The notes: generated by a model not told the origin, from the letters alone. Positions 20,369 through 31,147 are shown, numbered from the stretch's first letter. The stretch is 64,000 nt of DNA from an uncultured delta proteobacterium (GCA_963790475.1 CAWBOS010000001.1:160001-224000), one strand, 5' to 3'. A program made the numbers and translations.

Positions 20369-22756
20369 ATGGGAACACAACCTGCACTCCGTCAACCCCT
20401 GACGCAGTCCCGCGTCGAAAGGCTCCGCTGGAAGATCATCGAGGCGCCCCAGGAAGTCTGCATCGAGCGCGCCCGATACCTCACCGAATCGATGAGCCTC
20501 CACTGGGACAAGCATCCACTGACTCGGATGAGTCTGGCCTTCGAGCACATCCTGAAAAATATCAGTGTCATTATCCGCGATGACGAGCTCATTGTCGGGT
20601 GCCGCACCTCCAAGCTCAAGGGCGCCCCCCTGTTTCCGGAAAACAAGTCGTTGTGGATTGAGGGAGACCTGGAAAATTTCGATAAACGGGTATTGCAAAG
20701 GGCAATGATCTCGCAGGAAGAAAAAGAAGAACTGGCCGACGACAATTCTTCCCTTCTGGAAAGGGAAAACCGTGGAAGACCGGTTGCAAAAGCTCATGCC
20801 GGAAGATGTGCTGACTGACATGGACAAGTACATCTTCACCATGATGCTCGAGATCACCTACGGGATCGGCCATTTTACCATGGACCACCCGCGGATCCTG
20901 GCCCGCGGTCTTCGCGGCGTCATAGACGATGTCCGAACAAAAGTCGGCGGGGCTCTCCCCGGAAGAGAAGGCCGGTGAAAAGGGGCTCTTTTATGATGCG
21001 GTGATTCGCAGTTGCCGGGCGGCTATCTCTTTTGCGAAGCGCTACAGCGAGCTGGCGCTGGCCATGGCCGCGGCGGAGCGCGACCCCGAGCGGGCGGCGG
21101 AACTCCGGGAAATCGCCCGTGTATGCGGTCGTGTTCCCGAATACCCGGCTGAAACACTCCATGAAGCCATCCAGAGCCTCTACTTTATACACCTGCTGGC
21201 CCAAATTGAATCGGGCGGAAACTCCATATCACTGGGTCGAATCGACCAGATCCTATTCCCTTATTACCGGAAGGATTGGGAAGCCAAACGGGGATCCCCG
21301 GAAAAGGCCCGGGAACTCGTGGCCATGCTCTTTATCAAGACCAACGAGATCTGGAACGTCCTGGAAGAGGCCTTCATCCCCGGCGGAGAGGGCACTGAGG
21401 GCAAGACGACTCAGAATGTCACCGTGGGCGGTGTGGGGTCCGACGGTCGAGACGCGACCAACGATATGAGCTATATCGCCCTGGATGCTTACGCCGACGT
21501 GAGAACCGTGCAGCCCAATTTCGGCGTTCGGGTCTCTCCCGATTGCCCGGAGGAACTGATGCGCCGGGCCGTCGAGTATGACCGCGACGGCGTGCTGATG
21601 CATTTTTTCAATGATGAAGTGATTATCCGGTCGCTGGTACAGGGAGGCCACGCGATTGAAGATGCCAGGGATTATGGTGTGGTGGGCTGTCTGGAGCCGA
21701 GTGCGCAGGGGAAGACTTTCGGGTCCACATTCGCGGTGCAGTTCAACGGCATCAAATGCGTCGAGCTGGCCCTGTCCAACGGGATTGATAATATCTTCGG
21801 GTACCCGAGCGGTATTGAATCGGGGGATCCGGCGGGATTCAAGAATTTCGAGGACCTCTGGAATGCCTATGACCGGCAGGTGCGCCATTTTATTAACCAG
21901 ATGGTTCGGGGAATGGATGTGCTGGACCGCGTGATCGCCGAAACCGTCCCCTCTCCCTTTGCCTCGGCGATGGTCGACGGCTGTCTGGAGAAGGGTGTGG
22001 ACCTGACCAGGGGCGGCGCAGTCTATAATTCCACAGGCGTGCAGCTTATGGGATTTGCCAATGTGGTGGACAGTCTATACGCCGTGAAAAAAGAAGTCTT
22101 CGAAGATAAGCGCTTTACCATGGCCGACCTGACCCAATGGCTGTCGGAGGACTGGCAGGATGCCGAGGACAAACGCGCCTATTTCCTGAACCGCGTTCCA
22201 AAATACGGGAACGACAATGACGATGTCGATGCCCATGGCCGCACGGGTGATGGATCACTTCTGCGACGTCCTGTCGAAATACCGGAACTTCCGGGGAGGG
22301 GCCTTCTGGCCGGGCATCTTCTCTGTTGGTTTCCATATCACCATGGGGGCTTTTACCGGCGCCACACCTGACGGCCGCTTCTCAGGAGACGTACTCGGAA
22401 ACGGCATCACGCCGACGACGGGAAACGCCGTATCCGGTCCGACGGCGATCATGAATTCCGTAGTGAAGCTTCCGGTGGCCCGGGTATTTAACGGCGCCAA
22501 TCTGAATATGCGATTTCAGGGAAAGAAGATCAGCACGGAAAACCTCACGGCTCTCATCAAGACCTATTTCCGTGGCGGCGGTACGCAGGTGCAGTTCAAT
22601 ATGGTCGATTCGGCAACCCTCAGGGAGGCCCAGATGCATCCGGAGAAGCACCGTGATCTGTTCGTCCGGGTCAGCGGTTATTCAGCCGAATTCATCGGCT
22701 TGAGCGAGATAGCCCAGGATGAGATTATAAGCAGGACCGAGTTTGAGATGAATTGA
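20369..22756 (+). CDS. Glycyl radical enzyme (PFL2/eliminase class), interrupted by three +1 frameshifts
   Basis: ERARYLTES, GRIDQ, VVGCLEP Cys loop, RVSGYS Gly loop; frame changes near 20743, 20940 and 22232. Confidence 0.88.
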
Positions 22757-22811
22757 CATGTTGCTGAAAAAATATTGAGTTTTTGCTCAAACTATCTAAG
22801 GGAGGACGGGA

Positions 22812-23252
22812 ATGAGTATATACTACAAAGACGCCGAGGATCTTTACAAGATATACGGATACTTTTTGGACCGGGTCTTACGGGACGACAAGATCGGGGC
22901 GAAAATGAGCAAGGCCGGCATCATTATAAAATTCAGGTACACGGACCCGGAGGCGGAGATCACCATTGACCTGAAAAATCCGCCGACCAAACAAGGATAC
23001 TACGGCACCTATTATCTGGGGGCCTCCGATCTCAAAGAGGATGTCTGGTCCAGGCAGACGGCCGACTTTTCACACCGGTTCTGGCACGGCCGCGAAAACC
23101 CGATCGCCGGCGTCGCCAGGGGGAAAATCAAGCAGGGCGGGAAGGTGACCGCCATGCTGAAACTTTTACCGGTGATCAAGCCGGCCTTTCAGCTCTTTCC
23201 GGTGGCCCTGCGGGAACTGGGCCTCGACCACCTGATTGTTTCAGAAAAATGA
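22812..23252 (+). CDS. SCP2 (sterol carrier)-like lipid-binding protein
   Basis: FRYTDPEAEITID, HRFWHG..NP...VARGKIK..G...MLKLLP pattern; RBS GGAGG. Confidence 0.7.
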   Translation: MSIYYKDAEDLYKIYGYFLDRVLRDDKIGAKMSKAGIIIKFRYTDPEAEITIDLKNPPTKQGYYGTYYLGASDLKEDVWSRQTADFSHRFWHGRENPIAGVARGKIKQGGKVTAMLKLLPVIKPAFQLFPVALRELGLDHLIVSEK

Positions 23253-23303
23253 CCTGGTATGTGTTGCTTCTTTTCGCCTGAGATGATCTGATAGGAGAAG
23301 TTG

Positions 23304-24869
23304 ATGGAAACCAAATACACCTTTGAAGAAAAGAAGATAAGTGGAAACACGATAAGGGCCTATGCCAACCGACCGCAAACGATTCATGAAATGTTCAGCA
23401 AGACCCTACAAACTTACCCCAACCGTGAAGCCGTTAAGTTCGGCGAAATCTCTTTAACCTATACCGAATTGAATCAAAGATTGGATGAATCAGCCTCGTT
23501 TCTCAAAAATGAATTCAATGTGGGGAAAGGGGACCGGGTGGCGGTCTTCCTGAAGAATGACGATGTTTTTCCCATAGCCTTTCTGGCCCTATCGAAGCTT
23601 GGCGCCATCTCGGTCGTCCTGAATACCAGGCTGACCAAGCCGGAATTGGCCTATCAACTGGAGCTGACCAAGCCGGTTGCTGCTGTCGTCGACGACGAAA
23701 CATGGGATAAGGGTTTGGACAACCTGATGAAATTTAAAGTGGAGAGCAGTTCTTTGAGGCGGATATGGGGTAAAGGGGGCACCTGCCCTCCTGCCGCCGG
23801 AAGCGAAGATGATGTCCACACGATTCTTTTCACTTCAGGTACGACGGGGAAACCGAAGGGGGTAAGAATCGTTCACCGCAACTTCATCCATAGCGCCATA
23901 AGGCTTGAACAATACATGGAGATGCTGGGTGCGACCCGTCCTGGGGAGGCGTGCAAAACATTGGTCGTCGCCCCCCTGTTCCACGTGATGGCGCTTCAGG
24001 AGCAATTCCTGCCCAGTATGAAGATGGGGAATACGGTGGTGATGCTCAGCGCCCTTAACATCCAGGCCTTCCTTGAGCTGGTTGAAAAAGAACGGATTGA
24101 TTTCCTGGTCGGATCGCCGGCCATATACCGAATATTGCTGGGATCGGAAGACGTTAAAAAGTATGACTTGAGCTCCATCAAAATTGCCGGCTTTGGCGCA
24201 GCACCCATGTCGCCGGATCTGATGGCGGAAATGAAAAAAGCCTTTGTCAATGCCAAATTCTTCAATGGCTTTGGTCTCACGGAAGCCTCTATATCGCTGG
24301 CTGCCCTGGACCTCGAATGCACGGAAAAGCCCACCTCGATAGGACACCCCAGTCTCGGTTGCGAAGCCAGGATAGTGGATGAAAATATGAGTGAGGCGCC
24401 GAGAGGTGCTGTGGGAGAAATAGCCGTTAAGGGACCCAATGTGGCCGACGGTTATTACCATAATCCGGAGGAAACGGACAAAGTCTTCAGGGAGGGATGG
24501 TTTCTGACGGGCGATTTGGGAAAGATAGACGATGAAGGGTTCTTTTATGTGGTCAGCAGAAAAAAAGATATGATCAATCGCGGCGGGGAGAATGTCTATC
24601 CGGTTGAGGTCGAAAACATCCTCTATCTTCACCCTAAAGTGCTTGAAGTGGCGGTGGTTGGCCTACCGGATAAGGTTATGGGGGAAAAAGTGGCGGCAGC
24701 CATCGTCGCCGTTCCCGGGACAACGCCCACCATTGAGGAGATAAAGGAATACTGCAGCGATAAACTGGCCAAATACAAAATTCCCGAACATATCAGCTTT
24801 GTCGCCTCCCTGCCCAAGAATGCCGGGGGGAAAGTGATAAAGGCGCAACTATTGAAGAATGTTTTTTAA
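23304..24869 (+). CDS. Long-chain acyl-CoA ligase (AMP-forming)
   Basis: FTSGTTGKPKG, GFGLTE, TGDLG, RGGENVYP, PKNAGGK. Confidence 0.93.
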   Translation: METKYTFEEKKISGNTIRAYANRPQTIHEMFSKTLQTYPNREAVKFGEISLTYTELNQRLDESASFLKNEFNVGKGDRVAVFLKNDDVFPIAFLALSKLGAISVVLNTRLTKPELAYQLELTKPVAAVVDDETWDKGLDNLMKFKVESSSLRRIWGKGGTCPPAAGSEDDVHTILFTSGTTGKPKGVRIVHRNFIHSAIRLEQYMEMLGATRPGEACKTLVVAPLFHVMALQEQFLPSMKMGNTVVMLSALNIQAFLELVEKERIDFLVGSPAIYRILLGSEDVKKYDLSSIKIAGFGAAPMSPDLMAEMKKAFVNAKFFNGFGLTEASISLAALDLECTEKPTSIGHPSLGCEARIVDENMSEAPRGAVGEIAVKGPNVADGYYHNPEETDKVFREGWFLTGDLGKIDDEGFFYVVSRKKDMINRGGENVYPVEVENILYLHPKVLEVAVVGLPDKVMGEKVAAAIVAVPGTTPTIEEIKEYCSDKLAKYKIPEHISFVASLPKNAGGKVIKAQLLKNVF

Positions 24870-25085
24870 GGGTCGATCTTAAACCATGACAATTTAAATT
24901 ATTTAATCCGGGGGTTGGTTGGATTGATTTATCACGAACCGTATAGACCCCCGATTCTTGCCTGAATGGAAAAAGGATCACCATCTACTCCCTTGCCTTC
25001 ACCCCCCAGTTTAATCGCCCCTTCTTTTCTCCTTGCCCCGGTCTTTTTCTTGCCTTATACTCTTCCCATCAAAATAAAAATTCCT
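24869..25085 (+). repeat. Intergenic repeat family A, copy 2, ending in the promoter module (TTGCCC 25033, TATACT 25056)
   Basis: Aligns by eye with 16195-16460. Confidence 0.8.
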
Positions 25086-25317
25086 ATGAAGAAAAAAGGG
25101 AAGAAGGTCTAATTTTCAATATGAGATTACGAAATAATGATAAATCAAATGAGTATGTACGATTCCTCTGAAGTAAGCCCTCCTGAAAGCGTAAAATGAA
25201 AAAGATGGACCGCACTAATAAAATGCGCCGGAAGGCCGCTGATCTCAAATTGTCGGTTTCCAAATGGACTGTGGCCAGGAAAACTCCAAACCTGTGGCCC
25301 AGGGTCGAAGGGACCGA

Positions 25318-26493
25318 ATGAACAAAATCAGAAAAATGCTTTGGAATCTGATCACCAGTGGTCTGCCGGGCAGCGAAAATATCGAGGTGCTTCGTAAGGT
25401 GGTCCTGCAGAACCTCATGTTCCTGTTGGCAGCCCCTAGCCTCATCCTTTTTATCTTTATCGCCTATGCGAAAGGGGAAATTCTGCTGGTGGCAATCGAC
25501 TCGACGGCCGTGACATTTTTGATCGCCTTGTTCGTCGGCCTGCGAAAGACCGGCAACTATAGGAGGACCGGAGCGCTCGGAACAACGGCCGCCGGCCTTT
25601 TGTTTACTTTCCAAATCGCCGACGGCGGCGTGGGCCATACCGTTTTGATCTGGTCTTTGATCTATCCCTTGGTTGCCCTCTTTCTGCTAGGCCTTAAGCG
25701 AGGGGGCCAAATGTCCTTGTTGCTTCTGGGGTTGGCAATCGCGATTATCATCCTCGGGAAAGAGGTCTCCTGGTTGGCGGTTTACCCGACAGATCTTATC
25801 GTTCGTTACCTGGCGGTCTATATCCTCATCTTTTTCTTCTCATTTGCGATGGAAAAGGTTCATTCCCAGGTCCGGGGCCGGATGGAAACATCAAACCTGG
25901 ATCTTCAGGGTGCACTGGCCAAAGTCCGGGAAGGAGCCTCGGCATTGGCCGAAGCCAATCGGGAGCTGCGGGTGGAGATCACCGAACGCAAGCGGGCCGA
26001 GGAAGCCCTCAAGACCTTGTCCCTTAAGGATGATCTAACCGGCCTCTATAACCGTCGGGGGTTTTTTACTTTGGCCGAACAGGGCTTGAAATCGGCTCAA
26101 AGGATGGGAACAGAAATGTTGCTCGTTTTTGGAGACCTGGATAATTTGAAAGGAATTAATGATACCTTCGGCCATAAAGAAGGGGACCAAGCCTTGGTGG
26201 ATATTTCACAGATACTTAGGGAATCCTTTCGGGAGTCGGATATCATCGCCCGCAATGGGGGGGATGAATTTGTCGTTCTGGCCATGAAAAGCTCTGAGAC
26301 CTCCCCGGAGAAACTGATCAACCGCTTCGAGCAGGTTTTAAATAACCATCATCTCCAGACAGAGCGCTCCCATAAACTCTCCATGACCTTTGGTATTGCC
26401 TGTTTTGATCCCCGAAATCCATGTTCCATCGATACCCTGCTTGCACAGGCAGACAAATTGATGTATGAGGATAAGCAAAAAAAGGGTAGATAG
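25318..26493 (+). CDS. Membrane-anchored diguanylate cyclase
   Basis: About 6 TM helices, coiled coil, DDLTGLYNRR, RESD, GGDEF. Confidence 0.92.
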   Translation: MNKIRKMLWNLITSGLPGSENIEVLRKVVLQNLMFLLAAPSLILFIFIAYAKGEILLVAIDSTAVTFLIALFVGLRKTGNYRRTGALGTTAAGLLFTFQIADGGVGHTVLIWSLIYPLVALFLLGLKRGGQMSLLLLGLAIAIIILGKEVSWLAVYPTDLIVRYLAVYILIFFFSFAMEKVHSQVRGRMETSNLDLQGALAKVREGASALAEANRELRVEITERKRAEEALKTLSLKDDLTGLYNRRGFFTLAEQGLKSAQRMGTEMLLVFGDLDNLKGINDTFGHKEGDQALVDISQILRESFRESDIIARNGGDEFVVLAMKSSETSPEKLINRFEQVLNNHHLQTERSHKLSMTFGIACFDPRNPCSIDTLLAQADKLMYEDKQKKGR

Positions 26494-26542
26494 GCTCAGA
26501 TTTTTTGCCTCCTCTTTTTCTTATGCGCATTTCTAACTGAGC

Positions 26543-26724
26543 GGATCGGGGGCGAATCTTAAACCATGATTAGTTGAATTATATAATCCGGGGTGTTGTT
26601 AAATTGGTATGTTTCTAACTTATAGACCCCCAAAGCGCCGGCAGGCCAGACGACGGGCGGGCCCAAGAAGGTCTTTCGATTCCTGAATGTAAAAATGGAA
26701 ACCGGCGCCTATTTTCCCTTGACC
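26543..26724 (+). repeat. Intergenic repeat family A, copy 3, truncated at the -35 box
   Basis: AATCTTAAACCATGA..TAGACCCC..AAGAAGGTCTTTCGATTCC..TTTCCCTTGACC. Confidence 0.75.
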
Positions 26725-26803
26725 AAGCATGGAGGGGCCTAAATGACTTCAGATAGGGCAAAGCCCGTGCACGTCGTTCCAAGACTAGGAGAAAAATAGG
26801 TCT

Positions 26804-27394
26804 GTGACCAGAGAGACCGAGCCATTGCGCCGCGATGCGCTGCGAGTGACAGAAGAAGGGAAACCGGCACTTCTTCTCCGGACTATTTTGGGCTCAATGG
26901 AGGTAACTGTCCTTATGCTGGACGGGAAAACGATCCGGTTTGAGACCGTGAAGGAAATTTCATTGCGACATCCTATGACCGTCCCTTCTTTTAACCAACG
27001 AAAAGTTCTTAATTTGTTTCTCGACCTCTCACTCCAGAAAGGTTATCTCTTTCACCCCGACCAGGAATTAACCTATGGCCGGCCAACAGAGGAGGGACCC
27101 CCTCGATGCACCTTCGACCATTCTGAACTTTCGCTGGAGAAGGGTTCGTTAGGCTGTTCAAAATGTCGAGCTTACGTTTGTCAATGCGGAAGATGTCTTT
27201 GCGGTCATTCGGGGATGAACTACCTCGGGCAGGCCTTTAGCCGTCCTCCTCTTCCTATCCTCCGGGAAGAAAGACTGGAGTATATTCGGGTGGTGAGGTT
27301 TTGCGATTTAAACATCCAGCCAGTCATTCCAGCCAAAAAAACAAAACTCCTGTATTTAGTTAAGGCCCAAAGATCTTTGAGACGGTCTGTTTAA
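26804..27394 (+). CDS. Hypothetical protein with Cys-rich putative zinc-binding domain
   Basis: CTFDH..GCSKC..YVCQCGRCLCGH; RBS AGGAG. Confidence 0.65.
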   Translation: MTRETEPLRRDALRVTEEGKPALLLRTILGSMEVTVLMLDGKTIRFETVKEISLRHPMTVPSFNQRKVLNLFLDLSLQKGYLFHPDQELTYGRPTEEGPPRCTFDHSELSLEKGSLGCSKCRAYVCQCGRCLCGHSGMNYLGQAFSRPPLPILREERLEYIRVVRFCDLNIQPVIPAKKTKLLYLVKAQRSLRRSV

Positions 27395-27577
27395 GGACAC
27401 AGTCGTTACCCTCGGACGATTCTGGATCAGGTATTAAGGTGGATCCGGAAAAGTCTTATGTTGACAACTACGAAGAGGCCTGGTTATGGTGACCCAGGTC
27501 GGCAATGATTTTCGGAAAATAATATATATTCCAACCTTAACCTTGTACCTTAGCCCTTCAGATTAGGAGGAGGGACC

Positions 27578-29977
27578 GTGAAAAACCAAATATCAGATGA
27601 GATGCGCGTAAACTCGCCTTTGGGCCGGCGTTTACCGGATTCTTCCGGAGCGCCGGTGGGGGTGGTCAGGCTTGATCCGGAAAAGTCTTATGTCGGGATC
27701 GGGGAACTGCTGAGACAGGTCATCGATGAATCCAGTCAGGAGGCCTGGGATAAGATCAAGGCCAAGATTGATTACACCTATGAAGGCCTGGACTTTGCCC
27801 TGGCCCCTTTGAATGAAGAAACAGGGTTTGAAAAAGAAATCAAAGATCGACTGAGCAAGGGACAGAAACTCCTTTTTAAACCCAACTTAGTCAGTACTTC
27901 CAACATCGATCCTCAAACCCATGGTCGCGGCCTGGGGAACACGGCCTGCACCGAATGGCCTTTCATCGCCGCCCTGATGCGCTGGTTTCATGACCGAAGG
28001 GGGGTTCGCTATCATCAAATGGCCATCGGAGAAGCGGCCACGGTCATGGCCGCCTTGGCCGGGTATTTCTCCATGATTAATCCGGAAGGAAAAACAATCA
28101 CCACCGAAGCCGTCATCGAGGGCCGGTCCGGCAGTTTTTATGGAGGTTGGGGGTTTTATTTTGCCCGGAAATATCTGGCCGGGTGTCCCCGGTCTGATCC
28201 GAAAGATGATCCGATGCTGGGCCATGAGAGCAGTACGGCCGGATTATACACCCCACCGGGATATGTGGACCAGGAGCTGATGACTATCGACCTGAACCGG
28301 ATCTCCGACGATGCCGCCAAAGGCCGTGAAATTCCAGTGCCCGGAGGCGTCAACTTCAATGCTATTACCCTTCACAAGGCTATAATCGGGGGTGATCCGG
28401 CTGACCCCCGGGACCGGAAGGCCTACCCGGGATGTATTCTGGTCAATGTGCCCAAACTGAAGGTCCATACTAATTCCCTCTTCACCAATATCATCAAGAA
28501 CCTGGGCATCGGTCTCTATCCCATGCAGTTTTCGAGAGGCGGCGATTGCTGCTGGGAGTACGCTAATCCCCATCATCCGATCCCCGGGATGAAAGGGGGC
28601 ATTCCCCATGAAGTCTGGGTCCCGGAAATGAATTTGGAGACTTGTCTCCCCCAATTGGATCAATCCGGAAAATTGAGCTTGAGAAAGACCGGAGGCCTTA
28701 CCGGGACCATGGTCGATATCGTTAAAGCCGTACAAAACCAGGATATCTTCATGATCCATATCGTCGATGCCATCGAAGCGACCAACCTGGACCATACCGG
28801 TACGGACATGGCCAGGAAAGAACCGGAAGGTCTGGTTATTGCCGGTCTGGACCCGGTGGCCGCGGATCTGTTTTCGGCCAGATATATTTTCAGCAATGTA
28901 CCGCTGGAAGAGGCCATAAAGGTCCCCATAGATGACGGAGCCGGCGGCCGTTTTCCCCAAGCTGTACCCCTGCCGTCTGTAGAGGGAACCAACATCATCA
29001 CCGGAAAGGATTATGATTGTCCGTTAGCCCGTGAGGACTGCTTTGAGCAAGCCGAGGTGCGGGGATTGGGAAAGAGAGCTTACCATGTGGTAGGCCGGGA
29101 TACGGTTACCGACAGCCCGCTGATTTCCCTTGACGGGCACTTTGGTATGGTGAAAGACGGGGCTTTTGCAGATGTTATTACCAAGGCCCTCTATTTCGAT
29201 ATCTTTAAGTTTCCCTGGGATCTTCAAAAAACCGCCTTTGGTTATTTGTCGGCCGTCGATCAGTTGACCGGCTCGTCACTGAAAAAGACCTTTCTAAAGG
29301 CCTTCGACGAGAACGGCGACGGGGTGGTCAGCTACTGGGAAAAGGGCCAAAAAGGGGTGGGGTCCATTGCCCTTTACATGGGGGGGTATTCGACTTCCTG
29401 CCTGGGCGCTGAACCTTTAGGCTTTATCTCCGGACGGGTTAAAACCCAAATGAAGAGGCTCAAACTCGTTGATCCCCAGAGAAACAGCCATGGGTATGAT
29501 TTTCTCAGGGAATTTTCCTTCGGCGGGGTCTGTCTGGCGGCTTTCAGGATGTCACAGATTGAAATGGAGAGACCGGACCCCTTTGTTCCCGAACTGACCT
29601 TTGGTAAAGGAAAGTGGCCCAGCTTCCAGACGGCCAAGTTTTTTTCTTTGGGCATGGCGCTTTACGGTCAAGGCTTTCCTTTCCAAACCGGGTTTCCCAG
29701 CCTCTATGGTGCGGCCGTCTATTATGCGGATTTGACCCAGAGAGAAGGCAAATATTTGGGCGGCTCCGGGCGGTTGCCCGATCCCGAAAAACTAAGACAA
29801 TACGTGGCCACTGTTCAAAAGGGACAGGATCAGCCTATGGATTTCATTTTTTATGTCCCCCCCGGTTATGAAAGTCTCGGAGGAGCACCCCTGCCGAATG
29901 TGGAGGCAACGGAAGACCCGGCCAGGATTTTGACCGTATCTTTCCGGGGCGGTCAAGAGATTTGGGGAGACGTTTAA
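27578..29977 (+). CDS. Large DUF362-domain protein (799 aa)
   Basis: FKPNLV, AIGEA, VNVPKLKVH, KNLGIG, DPVAAD; RBS AGGAGG. Confidence 0.85.
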   Translation: MKNQISDEMRVNSPLGRRLPDSSGAPVGVVRLDPEKSYVGIGELLRQVIDESSQEAWDKIKAKIDYTYEGLDFALAPLNEETGFEKEIKDRLSKGQKLLFKPNLVSTSNIDPQTHGRGLGNTACTEWPFIAALMRWFHDRRGVRYHQMAIGEAATVMAALAGYFSMINPEGKTITTEAVIEGRSGSFYGGWGFYFARKYLAGCPRSDPKDDPMLGHESSTAGLYTPPGYVDQELMTIDLNRISDDAAKGREIPVPGGVNFNAITLHKAIIGGDPADPRDRKAYPGCILVNVPKLKVHTNSLFTNIIKNLGIGLYPMQFSRGGDCCWEYANPHHPIPGMKGGIPHEVWVPEMNLETCLPQLDQSGKLSLRKTGGLTGTMVDIVKAVQNQDIFMIHIVDAIEATNLDHTGTDMARKEPEGLVIAGLDPVAADLFSARYIFSNVPLEEAIKVPIDDGAGGRFPQAVPLPSVEGTNIITGKDYDCPLAREDCFEQAEVRGLGKRAYHVVGRDTVTDSPLISLDGHFGMVKDGAFADVITKALYFDIFKFPWDLQKTAFGYLSAVDQLTGSSLKKTFLKAFDENGDGVVSYWEKGQKGVGSIALYMGGYSTSCLGAEPLGFISGRVKTQMKRLKLVDPQRNSHGYDFLREFSFGGVCLAAFRMSQIEMERPDPFVPELTFGKGKWPSFQTAKFFSLGMALYGQGFPFQTGFPSLYGAAVYYADLTQREGKYLGGSGRLPDPEKLRQYVATVQKGQDQPMDFIFYVPPGYESLGGAPLPNVEATEDPARILTVSFRGGQEIWGDV

Positions 29978-30080
29978 ACGAGGCAAAAGTCAAAATGCCC
30001 CGGCAAGAGATAACCCTTTCGGTTCGTAAAATTTCCGGGCGTATGTTCCTATCAAATATTGAATTAAAGGAGATCGATAT

Positions 30081-31130
30081 ATGCAGTATAGAAGGTTAGG
30101 GAAGACAGGGCTTGAAATCTCGGTTATCGGGTTCGGATCAATAGCTGTCAGGGGCGCTGAGGCGGTAAGAGAGATGCTGGTTGAGGGAAAGAGGGTAGGT
30201 ATAAATTATGTTGATACGGCCCGCTCCTATGGCCGGAGCGAGGAGATGCTCGGCAAGGCCATGAAGGAACTCCGCCAGGATTTTTTTATTTGCAGCCGGA
30301 CCCAGAGCCGGGATTATGACCGCGCCCAAAAGGACCTGGCCACCAGCTTGGAGATGCTTCAGACAGACCATATAGATATCTATCAGATTCACCAGCTCAA
30401 CAACGAAGAGGACCTGGCCAGGGTCCTTCGTGATGACGGGGTGGCCCCCTTGCTGCAAAAGGCCAAGGAGGACGGCCGGATTCGATTCACCGGAGTCAGC
30501 AGTCATCATCTGGACGCGGCGGGCAAAGCGGTGGCCACGGGCCTGTTCGACACACTGGTTATCCCCTTCAGTCCGGTTGAATATTCGGCCAAACACCTTC
30601 AACTCCTTCAGATATGCAAAGACCTGGATGTGGGGGTCGTGGCCATGAAACCCTTATCAGGCGGGAATTTTGTCAATCGCGTAGCCGACACCTTGTCTTT
30701 TATCCTGCAGCATGATCTGGCTTCGGCCATTACCGGCACCGGCCAAATCGAGGAACTCCGGGAAAACGCGGCCGCCGGTTCCAATCTCCGCATATTGACC
30801 CTGGCTGATTTTGATTCTCTGATGGACGAAGCCTCCCTGCTCGGCCGGTCTTTCTGCCGGCGCTGCGGCTATTGCCTGCCCTGTGACGAGGAAATTCCGA
30901 TCCGCGACATCATGATGTCCGAGGCCTATATCCGGGGTAACGCAAACCTGGTGGCCATGTTTGGCGGGGCGGAGGGCCTGGGGAGATTCAAAGACGCGCT
31001 GGCGCGATGCACCAGTTGTGGTCAATGTGTGGAACGCTGCCCCTATGACCTCCCCATTCCTGATCTGATGCCCAGGAAGGTAATTTTTTTCGAGGAGGTA
31101 TTGGCTCAAGTCACTAAGGCGAAAAGCTAA
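30081..31130 (+). CDS. Aldo/keto reductase with C-terminal 4Fe-4S dicluster
   Basis: YRRLGKTG, DTARSYG, CRRCGYCLPC, CTSCGQCVERCP. Confidence 0.93.
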   Translation: MQYRRLGKTGLEISVIGFGSIAVRGAEAVREMLVEGKRVGINYVDTARSYGRSEEMLGKAMKELRQDFFICSRTQSRDYDRAQKDLATSLEMLQTDHIDIYQIHQLNNEEDLARVLRDDGVAPLLQKAKEDGRIRFTGVSSHHLDAAGKAVATGLFDTLVIPFSPVEYSAKHLQLLQICKDLDVGVVAMKPLSGGNFVNRVADTLSFILQHDLASAITGTGQIEELRENAAAGSNLRILTLADFDSLMDEASLLGRSFCRRCGYCLPCDEEIPIRDIMMSEAYIRGNANLVAMFGGAEGLGRFKDALARCTSCGQCVERCPYDLPIPDLMPRKVIFFEEVLAQVTKAKS

Positions 31131-31147
31131 TATTTAGAAGGATAGTT

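Noticed and set aside
20740-22240. Programmed frameshifting in the GRE
   Set aside because: No slippery heptamers; three independent shifts are implausible.
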